DNA of 64,000 nucleotides from Azolla caroliniana (taxonomy: Eukaryota > Plantae > Polypodiophyta), in the NCBI GenBank assembly GCA_043228905.1, contig JBHGNT010000017.1, forward strand, positions 14,198,001 to 14,262,000, in the 5' to 3' direction. The position numbers and the translations under genes are program-made. Positions 50,501 to 62,707 of this stretch are shown here, piece by piece (position 1 is the first letter of the stretch; each line of letters opens with the position of its first letter). Under the pieces are notes generated by a model. It made no database searches, was not told where the DNA came from, and saw only the letters and a list, made by a program, of their open reading frames with translations.

Positions 50501-52437
50501 ATAGTTGTTTCCGGGTCTCGCTCGAGTGAATCATGTTGTCGTCCAAATAGACGACATTCTTGCGGATCGCATCTTGCAAGTTAGCACATTCCCTTCGTGA
50601 GTGTTCGAAGCTATCGCACCACACACATCTATACGCTTCTTTTCCCTTGGGCCCGCGTCGACCTAAGTTGGCTAGCGATACTGCTTCAAACTTCTTGGAG
50701 AGCTCTTCGATTATAGACTCCTCCATTGCTTTCTTGTCGAAATTGTTGATCGGCTTACTAGGCTCAATCGTCGTAGGTGCCTTCTTCCACAATTGTGGAT
50801 TCTCGACCTCAGCTTCCTCTTGCCATTGTCGCCGCTTATCAAAACGGCTGCAAGCCTTCTTCACTGTCGCCCAATCCACTACCAAGCCATTTGGTTGCAT
50901 TTCGTCCTCCAAGAAGCTACCCAATTCTCGCCGATCTTTCGCATCCACTACCTTTAGGAATAGTAAGACTTTATCTCCGTCGAGAACTCGTTGCTCGACA
51001 CTCGGAAGTCGGTTGTACTTTTGGTCGAATTCGGCATAAACTCCCGATGCACACAAATTCTTCCCTTTCTTCTCGATCCAATTCATTAACGTATGCCGAG
51101 TCATCCGTGATGCGTCTTCAAGCATGTATTCAGTGAGAAGAGCTCTTTCGAACTCCGCCCAAGTTGCATGCTCGTTTTGGATCTCCATCACGCGCTCACG
51201 GATCTCGGGTTCTACCACACGCTTTAAGCTTGAATTTTGTTTTAGATCATGGACATCTCTTTGTTACATCTCGTTCCGATAGGTAGCAAGGAAATTTGTG
51301 ATGTTCTTGCCACTGAATCTTCCAGCTGTCTCCACAGTTCGGTCAACAGCTTTGTCGACTAAAGCCTCGCGATCTCTCTCTTTCAGCATGAATTCGACGA
51401 CGGACACCATGCCTTTCGTCAATTCTTCTCCTTGAGTTCCACTTGTCGAAGCTGTCTTCATACTTGATATCCTCCTACTGCCTCGTTTCACGTCGGGTTC
51501 ACCAAAGATGTCGCGAAATTAGAAGGAAAAGAAAAAAAAAATTAAGATAATATGGAGAGAGCATGAGTGTAGGAAAAAAAATGGAATTTTATTCTCCCTT
51601 GATCATCTGCATGTCCACTTTTTGTTGCATGGCCTCTACTTTTAGTTGCTTAGCTTTTTCTTTTAGTTGCATCTATTTTTAGTTGCATGGCTTTTTCTTT
51701 TAGTTGCATGCAACCGTCCACATGACCTTTACTTTTTGCATGCACTCCAACTTTAGTTGCTTGCATCCACATGGCCTTTACTTTAGTTCTCTTCACTTTA
51801 CTTTAGTTTGTTGCATGATCCAATCTTCCGTTCGTTCGCGTCCAACCTCGTCCGGTAGCCGGTTCCGCCCGATCGCCGAATCCCTCGCTGGTTTGTTTCC
51901 GGATTTCGGTTTTGCTTATCAGTCGGTTTCTTGTTTGCATACCAGCCAATTTCCGAATTTTCTTACCGGCCGGTTTCCGGATTTGCTTGCCGACCGGTTC
52001 CGAATTTGCTTACCGACTGGTTCTGATTCTAGTTTTGTTTACCGGCCGGTTTTCGGATTTGCTTACCAGCCGATTTCCAGTTTGCTTGCCGATTCCGGTT
52101 TTGCTTGCCGACCGGTTTCGGTTTTTGGGAACTTGGCCACCATCATCTATCAAGACAAAGTGGCCAAAGTGCTCTTAGCACAAATGAAAAATGAGGGAGC
52201 TCAAGGTGCTTATGTAGCTAGGGCCTTAAGTTTCCTATCTATGTGGGATAGTTCTAATTTCCCTATCTTCTCAAACTTCATTTTCACATAACTTGATATG
52301 TATTTCTCTATTTTGTATATAGTAAAATACATTTTGAAGCTCTTGAGTATATCCATCTTTGTATAGTAAGCTACTAATCTAATCTTTAATAATTATTTCA
52401 TTATTTTTTTACATAGTGTGTGAAGATTCACACAACA
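44517..52437 (-). mobile_element. Full-length Ty3/gypsy element C inserted in the gag of A; LTRs 44517-45759 and 51509-52437 (latter with about 320-bp deletion)
   Basis: LTR pair, PPT TTTGGTGGGGGCGAA, 18-nt PBS matching the tRNA-Trp 3' end (51487-51504), 4-bp TSD CCGG/CCGG. Confidence 0.92.
45828..51491 (-). pseudogene. Element C gag-PR (51491-49275) and RT-RH-INT (about 49284-45828, -1 frame)
   Basis: CVWCDSFEHSRREC, ALIDYGSEINLM, WFTVPKKNGSLRFIQDLQPVN, PFLDDILIKG, VDTSPIGIG, H..GH..C..CQ, ADRGE..ER, WFGPY. Confidence 0.9.
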
Positions 52438-52887
52438 CCGGAGGCTCACTAGCTTCCGAAATACCGAAACCCGATTAACGGCACTCTTGTTTTGGAACAT
52501 GATGTCGATCTTTTCCCAAAGTTCATGGGTCTTGCTCTCTTCATTGAAGTTGTTGTACGGGCTCATGTCGATGAAGCACCGAATGTATGCCATCGTGTTC
52601 ATGTGCATCACCTCCCACACCGTGGCATCGATCTTATCTAGTCTCTTGTCCCTGAATAGAACTGGCAACCAAAGATCTTTAACCACTAGCATGTCCCTCA
52701 TCTTCGACTTCCACACTGAGTAGTTGGAACCGGTGAGCGTCAACATGCCGTTGTAAGATTCTTCCATTTTCTGTGTTGTTCGCTCTGATACCAATTTGAA
52801 GAGAAATGCACGGAATATCGCTCGGCCACAACCGAGTAGTAAATCACTTCTATAAGAATCAAACACAGAAATGGGAAGTAGAGGGTA

Positions 52888-55800
52888 TGTTGAGCGGCAA
52901 GCTCAACCGGATCTGGAACGGCATCCGGAAGGATGAGTCGGAGCAAGTGAGTCGGTAAACTGGGGAGCTGGTTCGCCGGTTCGCCGGTTCGCCGGATGAA
53001 GTAGTAACCGGAAGCCGAGTAGCAACCTAGACTACTAGGTAGTTAATGTCTCGTAGTTAGTGTCAAACACTCGTGTGAGCATTGAAGTACACTGTACTTT
53101 TGTCAATCCTCTTAGGATCTGTATAAATAGTGCTGTTGAGCACGCTTTATGTACAGAGAATTTTACAGAGTTGTTGATAATAGATTTGAGTTGTTCTGCT
53201 CTTGCTCTGTCTCTCCTGCATACCTTCTATGTGTTAATCTCTCTCTCTCTCTCTGTTGCTATCCGGCTAAGCTCGTTGCCTAGCGCTTCCGCACCTTCGT
53301 TTTTACATTGTATCAAAGCGTGAGGGTTGAGAACCTCTCCAGCTGACATCAGCATCTGAAGACAAACCCTAAGACCCGGTAAGAACAGAAAGAGAAGTGA
53401 TGGACAGAGGAATGGCTAGCTCACTCCAGTGGAGAAGCTCGACAGTTTCAACTACACATCTTGGTCATACAAGATGCACCAATACTTGCTTGGGCATGGT
53501 TACTGGAGCTATGTCGAACGAGCTAACGACACAACACCTGATGCGGCACACAAGGACTTCCTAGTGTGGGAACAAGCGGTAAGCAGAGTGATGTAATGCT
53601 TTGCGTTCAGTGTCGGAGACCAACTACTGAGCCATGTTTGAGATGCCAAGATGCCAAAAGAAGCTTGGGGAAACCTGGAGAAGGTTTTCACGGCAAGCAC
53701 TACGACCTGGAAGCTACAACTCCGACAGGAGTTGAGCAATGTCCGACAGAAGGACATGTCAGTAGTCGATTACACGACTCGAATCAAAGAGATTTGTGAC
53801 TCACTTGCCTCTATTAACGTCAATGTAGAGGAAGATGAGATGGTGCAGATCTGTCTTGGCGGCCTAGCGTCTAAGTTCAGAGCGTTCTGAACAGTGGTAT
53901 GTACACTGGAGAATACGCCGTTGTTTTTTGACTTACAGTAGATGCTCCTTGTAGAGGAGAACCACGCCGGTGCGTCAACAAGTGCACCAACCGACTGTCG
54001 GATGCTGTACATGGAGGTAGATCGGCCCCGTGGGTGTGTTGGACGAGGCGGATTGGCTCGCAATGGTAGCGGCCGGCAAGAGCAGGACCGAAGGCACAAA
54101 GAACATGTCGATAGTAGTTCCGGACCCTCCACAAGCAAGGGGAGTCAAGCCGGTGTCTGAGGCCGGCAAGGAAAGGCTGACACGGAATGCTGGTACTATG
54201 GTCAAAAGGGCTACAGAATAAGAGAGTGTTGGAAGAAGCGGGCCGATATGGACAGATCCGGATCCGGCAAGGCCGGCAAAGAGAACGGGCAATACTCGCA
54301 CTATGCAAAAGGATCGGGAGGATCCAAAACCGGAAAAGCCGGTAAAGGGCTAGCCTTGGTGATGAAACATGAGGCTAACTCGATGAAGAAGACCACTTCA
54401 AAATTGGAGGAAGTGTGGTACGTTGATTCCGGTGCGTCGAATCACATGACGAGCCACATGACGAATCACATGACGAGGAAGAGGGCCAGATTATTGTGCA
54501 AGGGCGCAGAGATGTGAGGATGTTCATCTTGACACCAATGACGTCGGCACCGCTTTGTTTGCCAAAGGACAGAAGATTGAATCGTATATTGATCTCTCGC
54601 ACAAGCTGATCGGCCACGTCAATTACCGGAGGTTTCAAGACCTGCAAAGGAAACTAGTTGTTTTCGGTTTGCAGAAGTTCAGTGGCCAGAGGGTCCAAAT
54701 ATGTGAAGCCTGCCAACTTGGGAAGCAACACTAGCTTCCATTCCCCACCGAACTAAACCGTTGTCGTAACAAGCTCGACCTTATTCATTCGGATATATGG
54801 GAACCAACATAGAACGTTAGTCTTGGCGGGAGTCGATACTTCGTCTCCTTCATTGACGACTGCAACTGACACACATGGATCTACCTCATTGAGCGGAAGA
54901 GTGAAGTCTTCGAGTGTTTCCAAAACCTGTAAAGCTTGATTGAACGGGAAACGACGAGGAAGATCAAGTGCCTATGGTCGGATGGCAGAAAAGAATATTT
55001 TTCCGGCAAATTCAACAGTTATTTGCAGCAAAAAGGAATTTAGAGAGAGTTCAGCTGCAGATACACACCAGAGCAAAACGGTGTGGCCGAAAGGAAGAAC
55101 CGGCCGATTGTCAATGTGGCAAGGGCAATGTTGGAGGAGAAGAGCATGCCCCATTTCTATTGGGCTAAGACGATCCGGACGACCGTTTATATCCAAAACC
55201 GATGTCGTGTGGTTTCACACACGATATGAAAACTAGTAAAATAAGTATTTAAGATTAGCTTAATGGATTGATATGGAAAGATAGATTTCTTCAAGAGCTT
55301 CATAACGTATTTTACTACGCATGAAACAGATAAATAAGTATCAAGTTATGTGAGTATTAAGTTTGAAGAAAAAAAGAAAAGACAAAACTGTGAGATATCC
55401 CACATAGATAGGACAACATTGGAACCCAGGATATATAAGGGAAACAAAAACATGTTCATTATATCAATGTGTGGAGCACAGAATGGTCAAGGTGACTTGG
55501 GCTACACTATGTGGTGTGCATGTTTTGGGCGTACGAGCGTGTGCACGACTGTGTTGGTGTTTTCGGACGTACGTGCGTGTGCACATTTTCGTACGTAAAC
55601 GCATGTGTAAGTTTCGGGTGTATGTGTGCACGGCCACGTGGACGTTTTGGATGGACCCACGCATGTAGGTATGGTGGGATGCTCGGACAGACGCGTGTGT
55701 GGAGACGAGCACACTGATGTGTACAAGGCGCGGTCGGGACTTTTGTTTGGTTGCGACACACGTACAGATTACGCACAGGCTAAACTTTATGGATGATTGG

Positions 55801-58800
55801 GTCATTTGGCCGAATTATACGGATGGTCGCATGCAACTAAAAACCAAGGCCATGCAATGAAAAGTAAAAGGCATGCAACTAAAAGTAGAGGGCATGCAAC
55901 TAAAAATAGAGGCCATGCAACTAAAAGTGGACATGCAAAGTAACATTGGGAAGGAGGATCAACAAAGAGCTCGATATATGTTCCATTTTTTCTTCCCTCT
56001 ATTTTTTTTTCCCATTCTTCTTCTCTCTCCCATTCCTTGGGGAAGAAATCTCTCTCATATTGATATCAAACCACTCCTTACATGGTTGTTGGGTCCTTCC
56101 TTTCAAGAATAATCTCTCATATTCATATTGGACCACTCCTTATATGGTTGTTGGCTCCTTTCTTTAAAAATTTTATCTCTCATTTTCATCTCCAACCCGT
56201 TGTAACAAGATTCTTGAATTATAAAAGAATCTATTTTCTTATGCAATAAACGAACGTTTTCTCTCATCTACTCGTCTTATATGTGAATTTTGCTTGTGTT
56301 GTACGTGTTGCACTAGTCCAGAACCCCGACGGTTCCGTCTCGCGATCCGCACATAGTGACGGATTCTCACGACACCGGATTGGTGACAAGGTGTCCGCGC
56401 ATGAGCCGTACTTCGGGTGCAAGCCGAATTTGAGACACCTTCAAATATTCGTTAGGATTGCATATGTGCATGTGTCGGATGAGAAGCGGAGGAAGTTGGA
56501 TGCAAAGTCGGAGAAATGCATCCTGGTCAATTACTCGCATGAGCAAAAGGGGTATAAGTGTTGTAACCCACGGACGAAACAGGTCCGAGTTAGCCAGGAT
56601 GTTGAGTTTGATGAGACGGCATCATGGTATGCCTTACCGGCTCCGACTTCCGACCCCGACCCGATACACGAGGATGAGGCTAGTGAGCCTGAACCGGTCC
56701 AGTTAGAAGACGAAGGGTTCGAGACTCTAGATGTGAGTCCGGAATTGTTTCGGTTGAGCCGGCTGAACGAATGACTGGATCAGATAGACCAGTCGGAAGA
56801 TGAACCGGTGAGTAGTGGAGACTTTGATGTGTTCCCCCCACGCAAGGAACCAAGGAGACGGTTCACGCGCAAGGAAAAGGGGAAGACGAAGATGCCGCAA
56901 CACGAAACCGGCAATGGTGAGTCGGATCGAAGCGGATTCGACTCCGAAAAAGAAGAAGGCGGATCTTTGGCAACGAAGACCGAACCGGCCATGAAGGGCC
57001 TCAAACCGGGTAATGATAAGTTACGCCAGTCTTCCCGCCAGAAGAACCCCGTGAAGCGGTACGGGTACAATGAGTACATGGCACATCATTATGCATACAT
57101 GACCAAGGTGGCGGAAGTGCATGAGTTGGAGAGCTACGTAGAAGCGAAAAAGAATGCAAATTGGCGTGCCGCTATGGAGGAAGAAATGCAGGCACTTGAT
57201 GCCAACGACACATGGGACCTAGTTGACCCTCCCCGACATTGTAAACCGATCGGATGTAAGTGGGTGTACAAGGTAAAGTACAATGCCGACAGTTCGGTTA
57301 ACCGGTACAAGGCCCGATTAGTGGCGAAGGGATACGCGCAGACCCACGGAATCGACTACGACGAGACCTTCGCTACGGTAATGAAGATGACGACGATTCG
57401 TGTGGTGCTGGCGGTTGCTGCGGCAAGGGGTGGCATCTTCACCAGATGGACGTGAAAAATGCATTTCTTCAAGGCGATCTTGAAGAAGAGGTCTTTATGA
57501 CCCAACCCCCCGGTTTCCAGTCGGTGGTATGTCGGTTGAAGAAGTCACTTTATGGCTTGAAGCAAGACCCCTGAGCCTGGAATGCGAAGGTCACGCACCG
57601 GTTGCGTAAGATGGGGTTTGCGGCCTCCAAGTCCGACTCTTCGTTGTTCATCTGGCAAGGTCCGGACGGTCTGGTTTGCATCTTGTTGTATGTTGATGAT
57701 CTAGTCATCACCGGACCCGGACTTGGTGAAATTAGCCGAGTTAAGTCCCAACTGTTGGACGCAGTTGAGATGAAGGACCTGGGGAACCTTCACTATTTCC
57801 TAGGGATCGAGGTGATCCAAACCGTCGACGGCATACTGCTCTCACAAAGACACTATGTGTTGAATATGCTATACAAGTTCGGCATGACGGAATGCCGACC
57901 GATCTCCACACCCCTGGACCCGAACCAGAAGCTCCGTCCCGACTTCGGATCGGCCTGCGATGAGAAGCGGTTCCGACAAATCGTTGGAAGCCTTATATAT
58001 TTGAAAATCACCCGACTCGACATAAGTTATCCGGTTGGCTTGATCAAACCAATATATGCAGAAGCCGACCGTGGAGCACCTTCTGTGTGCACATCGAATT
58101 TTGTGATATGTGAGCGGCACGAAGGACAGGGGACTGTAATACCGGCATGGTATAATTGAAGAGCTAGTTTGCTACACCGATGCCCACTGGGCCGACGATG
58201 CAATCGCCGATCCACCTCCAGCTATATGTTTTCCCTTGGTAGCGCGACTGTTGCGTGGAGCAGCAAAAAGTAGGCAACAGTGGGCCTTTCGAGCACTGAG
58301 GCTGAATACCGGGGCGCTACCGTTGCCACCTGTGAAGCCATTTGGCTTCAGCGGCTGCTCCAAGACCTGTAGATCGAGGTGCCGACCTTGATCCTGATCT
58401 TCTACGACAACATAAGTAGCATGTAGCTCGCTAAGAACCCTGTATTCCATGCTCGCACAAAGCACATAGAAGTGCACTACCACTTTGTGCATGAGCGTGT
58501 CCTTAGCAGTGAAGTCGAACTTCGGTATGTTCATACGGATCAACAAGTTGCCTACATCTTCACCAAACCACTCGGATCGGACAAGTTGCAGCACTTCACC
58601 GAAAAGCTTGGTGTTCAGCATCTCGATGTGCCACACTTGAGGGGGAGAACGGGCAAAGACACCGGAATAGGCAAAGGCAAAGAGACTGCCGTTTGCGCCG
58701 GTGAGGGAAGAACCGACAAAGGGAGAGACAAGAAGAAGAAAGGAGCCGAGTCGACAAAGGAAGTTGACACATCCGAACAAGTCAGAACAAGCTGCAGCGG

Positions 58801-59635
58801 TGGCAGAGTCAAGAAGGAAAGAGCCGACCAAAAGAAGAACGCCAAGACCCAGACATGGTTGGATGTGGTGACAGGCCTGGAACCGGAAGACAAATTGGGA
58901 GCGACCGATGCGGACAAGAGTTGGAACGAATCGGAGACAACCAATTCGGTTCAACAGACGGATTCGGAAGAACCGGATCAATTCAAGCGCCAAAGTCATA
59001 GCAGCGAGGAACCTAAATTGGGCCTGTTGAGCAGACAAGCCAATCGAGTAGGTCGAGGTGCGCAAAATCAGAAGGGTCGCGGCAAACGAGACCGGACCGG
59101 ACGAGGAGCATGAGCAAGGCGGAGTGACGCCAGAAGGAGCCGGGTGGAAAGACTGGCTACCATGGAGACTGACACTACGATCCGACCTCAAGTTCAGCTT
59201 GAGGGGGAGTGCTGAGTGGGAAGCTCAACCGGATCCAGATTGGATGAATAAGCCTGAGCCGGATTGACATCCGAAAACATAAGACGGAGCAAGTGAGCCG
59301 GTGAGCTGGGGAGCCGGTTCGCCAGATCAAGCAATAACCGGAAGCCTAGTAGCAGCCGAGACTACTAGGTAGTTAATGTCTCGTAGTTAGTGTTAGACGC
59401 TCGTGTGAGCATTGAAGTACACTGTACTTCTGTAAGTCCTCTTAGGACTTGTATAAATAGTGTTGTTGAGCACGTTGTATGTACAGAGAATTTTACATAC
59501 TTGTTGATAATAGATTTGAGTTTTTCTCCTCTTCCTCTATCCCTCCTGCGTACCTTTTGTGTGTTAATCTCTCTCTCTCTCTCTTGCTATCCAGCTAAGC
59601 TGGTTGTATAACGCTTCCACACCTTCGTTTTTACA
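52888..59635 (+). mobile_element. Full-length degenerate Ty1/copia element D inserted in the 5' LTR of A; LTRs 52888-53307 and 59210-59635
   Basis: Perfect TSD GGGTA/GGGTA, degenerate iMet [59 protein letters not shown]. Confidence 0.92.
55203..56374 (+). mobile_element. Solo LTR (related to element C LTRs) inserted in the integrase of D
   Basis: TGTCGTG...CACGACA ends, ATGCAACTAAAA repeats shared with C LTRs, flanks CCGA/CCGG; D integrase resumes in register (QNRIGDK). Confidence 0.88.
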
Positions 59636-60350
59636 GGGTACACAAGAAAGTGACACAGGATGTTTACATGGAAAACCCTACAAGGGAAAAAACCACGGGT
59701 GCCCACAGACTCCGAACTATCACTATGAAGAGAAGGGGTACAATCAGAGACTCGGAGGCAACAACGTCGAGCTCTGTTTCTTCGATCAGTGGCGGTTACG
59801 ACAAAGTATCGCTCTGTATCTCTCTCACCTTCTCTCTCTCTGTACAACCGTTATAACAATATGACAACAACACAATCATACACTAAAGTGATTGCCCTAA
59901 GTCCTATTTATAGTTATATGCACTGAGGAATATCTACAAATATACCCTCAATGGGCTTATTCAAGAAATATTAACAAATCTATCGTCTCTTCCGGTTCTC
60001 ATCGGGTCCACCCATTCAGTTTCTGGATCTTTTCAGGTTCACACCGGGTCTCCTCCGGTTTCCTAATCTCTTCCAGTTCTCCCGGGATTCTATTTATTCA
60101 TCACTGGAACCCATCCCGAGAGACCGATTTCCCAACAATTAGAAACTTTTAGAACTATGCTACTTGTATTTCTATGTTTTACATATAATATCACTTCTTC
60201 GTCTATGGAAAATGTTATCACGAGATTATAAATCACCATTTGAAAGAAAAACAAAACGGTGATATAAAGTCAACAAATTCATAGGTGCATAGACAAGGAA
60301 ACAGTAGAAAATTATAATATTAAATAGTGAATTAAATCTAAATTCATACT

Positions 60351-60436
60351 CCGACCATAACTCAGTTGGTAGAGCGGAGGACTGTAGTGTATGTATAAAC
60401 ATCCTTAGGTTGTTGGTTCGAATCCGATAGGTCGGA
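60351..60436 (+). tRNA. trnY: tRNA-Tyr(GTA), intron-containing; likely pseudogene (G10 to A)
   Basis: B box intact; A box and acceptor stem each carry one change. Confidence 0.85.
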
Positions 60437-60887
60437 CTTAAATTTACGAATACAATGTCGTCAAAGATATTTGAACGTACATGCATAGGAACATTTCAGG
60501 CTCTTTACATACGAAAGTGGGTCAACAAACCAATAACAATGCATGTATACACACCCTTATGTCGAGGGTATGTGTTTCACAAGTCTTTGGCATAGCCTTA
60601 TTTCATTATTGTAGGTATAAATAGAATACCACTTCGTATTCTAAGATTGTATATATGATGATTAGTTGGTCTATTATTAGAAACTTTTAGAACTATGCTA
60701 CTTATATTTCTACGTTTTGGATATAATATCACTTCTTGGTCTACGGAAATGTTATCACGAGATTATAAATCACCATTTGAAAGAAAAACAAAACGGTGAT
60801 ATCAAGTCAACAAATTCATAGGTGCATAGACAAGGAAACATTAGAAACTTATCATGTTAAATAGTGAATTAAATCTAGATTCATAGT

Positions 60888-60973
60888 TCGACCTTAGCTC
60901 AAGTGGTAGAGCATAGGACTGTAGCGTACGTATATACCTCCTTAAGTTGTTGGTTTGAATCTGACAAGTCAGA
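60888..60973 (+). pseudogene. trnY: tRNA-Tyr(GTA) pseudogene
   Basis: Many substitutions; B box GGTTTGAATCT. Confidence 0.82.
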
Positions 60974-61485
60974 CTTAAATTTGCGAATACTTCACATTGC
61001 AACATGCATATAATTGAATTGGTATGTCGATGAACAATGTCGTCAAAGATACATTAATCAATTTGATTTGAACGTACATGCACAGGAACATTTCAGGCTT
61101 TTTACATACCGATTTGGGTCGACCAACAAATAACAATGCATGTATACACACCTTTATGTCGAGGGTTTGTGTTTCACAAGTCTTTGGTTTAGCCTTATTT
61201 CATTATTGTAGGTATAAATAGAACATCAGTTCGTATTCTAAGATTATATATATGATGATTAGTTGGTCTATTATTAGAAACTTTTAGAACTATGCTACTT
61301 GTATGTTTACGTTTTGCATATGATATCACTTCTTAGTCTACGGAAAATGTTATCACGAGATTATAATTCACCATTTGAAAATAAAACAAAACGGTGATAT
61401 AAAGTCAACAAATTTATAGGTGCATAGAAAAGGAGACATTAAAAATTTATAATATTAAATAGTGAATTAAATCTAAATTCATAGT

Positions 61486-61571
61486 CCGACCTTAGCTCAG
61501 TAGGTAGAGCGGAGGACTGTAGTGTATGTATAGACATCCTTACGTCGTTGGTTCGAATCCGACAGGTTGGA
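61486..61571 (+). tRNA. trnY: tRNA-Tyr(GTA), intron-containing, potentially functional; G3:U70 variant
   Basis: CCGACCTTAGCTCAGTAGGTAGAGCGGAGGACTGTAG-tgtatgtatagac-ATCCTTACGTCGTTGGTTCGAATCCGACAGGTTGGA; all stems fold and both boxes are intact. Confidence 0.9.
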
Positions 61572-62083
61572 CTTAAATTTACGAATACTTCACATTGCAA
61601 CATGCATATAATTGGATAGGTGTGTCGATGAACAATGTTGTCAAAGATACATTAATCGGATTGATTTGAACGTACATGCACATGAACATTTCAGGCTTTT
61701 TACATACCGATTTGGGTCGACCAACAAATAACAATGCATGTATACACACCTTTATGTCGAAGGTTTGTGTTTCACAAGTCTTTGCTTTAGACTTAGTTCA
61801 TTATTGTAGGTATAAATAGAACATCAGTTCGTGTTCTAAGATTGTATATATGATGATTAGTTGGTCTATTATTAGAAACTTTTAGAATTATGCTACTTGT
61901 ATTTCTACGTTTTGCATATGATATCACTTCTTGGTCTACTGAAAATGTTATCACGAGATTATAAATCAACATTTGAAAGAAAAACAAAACGGTGATATAA
62001 AGTCAACAAAATCATAGGTGCATAGACAAGGATACAATAGACAATTATAATATTACATAGTCAATTAAATCTAAATTCATAGT

Positions 62084-62169
62084 CCGACCTTATCTCAATT
62101 GGTAGAGCGGAGGATTGTAGTGTATGCATAGAAACCCTTAGGTTGTTGGTTCGAATCCGACAGGTCGGA
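62084..62169 (+). pseudogene. trnY: tRNA-Tyr(GTA) pseudogene
   Basis: A box mutated (TATCTCAATTGG); anticodon stem mismatch. Confidence 0.85.
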
Positions 62170-62621
62170 CTTAATATTGCGATTACAATGTCGTCAAAGA
62201 TATTTACATGTACATGCACAGGAACAAATCAGGCTTTTTATATACCAATGTGGGTCGACGAACAAATAACAATGCATGTATACACACCCTTATGTCGAGG
62301 GTTTGTGTTTCACATATCTTTGGCTTAGCCTTATTTCATTATTGTAGGAATAAAGAGAACACCACTTCGTCTTCTAAGATTGTATATATGATGATTAGTC
62401 GGTCTATTATTGGAAACTTTTAGAACTATGCTACTTGTATTTCTACGTTTTGGATATAATATCACTTCTTGGTCTACGGAAAATGTTATCACGATATTAT
62501 AAATCACCATTTGAAAGAAAAACAAAACGGTGATATAAAGTCAACAAAATCATAGGTGTATAGACAAGGATACAATAGAGAATTATAATATTACATAGTC
62601 AATTAAATCTAAATTCATAGT

Positions 62622-62707
62622 CCGACCTTAGCTCAGTTGATAGAGCGGAGGACTGTAGTGTATGCATAGACATCCTTAGGTCGTTGGTTCGAATCCGACA
62701 GGTCGGA
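62622..62707 (+). tRNA. trnY: tRNA-Tyr(GTA), intron-containing; single exon change from consensus (G19 to A)
   Basis: CCGACCTTAGCTCAGTTGATAGAGCGGAGGACTGTAG-tgtatgcatagac-ATCCTTAGGTCGTTGGTTCGAATCCGACAGGTCGGA. Confidence 0.9.

Larger units (their letters stand above)
34959..60137 (-). mobile_element. Outer Ty1/copia element A (Tnt1/Tork-like), host of the nested insertions; 3' LTR 34959-35159 + 40787-41121 (terminus eroded), 5' LTR 52797-52887 + 59641-60137
   Basis: PBS TGGTATCAGAGC (iMet) at 52782-52793, PPT after 41121, degenerate gag-pol 41132-44516 + 52438-52768. Flanks ATTA / ATTAG rejoin into the array spacer TCTATTATTAGAAAC. Confidence 0.88.

Noticed and set aside
50499-50501. Programmed stop read-through within element C gag
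   Set aside because: In-frame TGA is most simply a CGA deamination, like many other stops in these elements.
58172-59191. 339-aa hydrophobic minus-strand ORF
   Set aside because: Antisense shadow of the purine-rich Copia D 3' region; no motif support.
26526-62525. Recurrent 64-aa ORF (MFFFQMVIYN...FIPKVMK) antisense to the array spacer
   Set aside because: Open in only about 7 units, usually annotated from a TTG start, with no recognisable domain; recurrence is explained by the DNA repeat. dN/dS across units would settle it.
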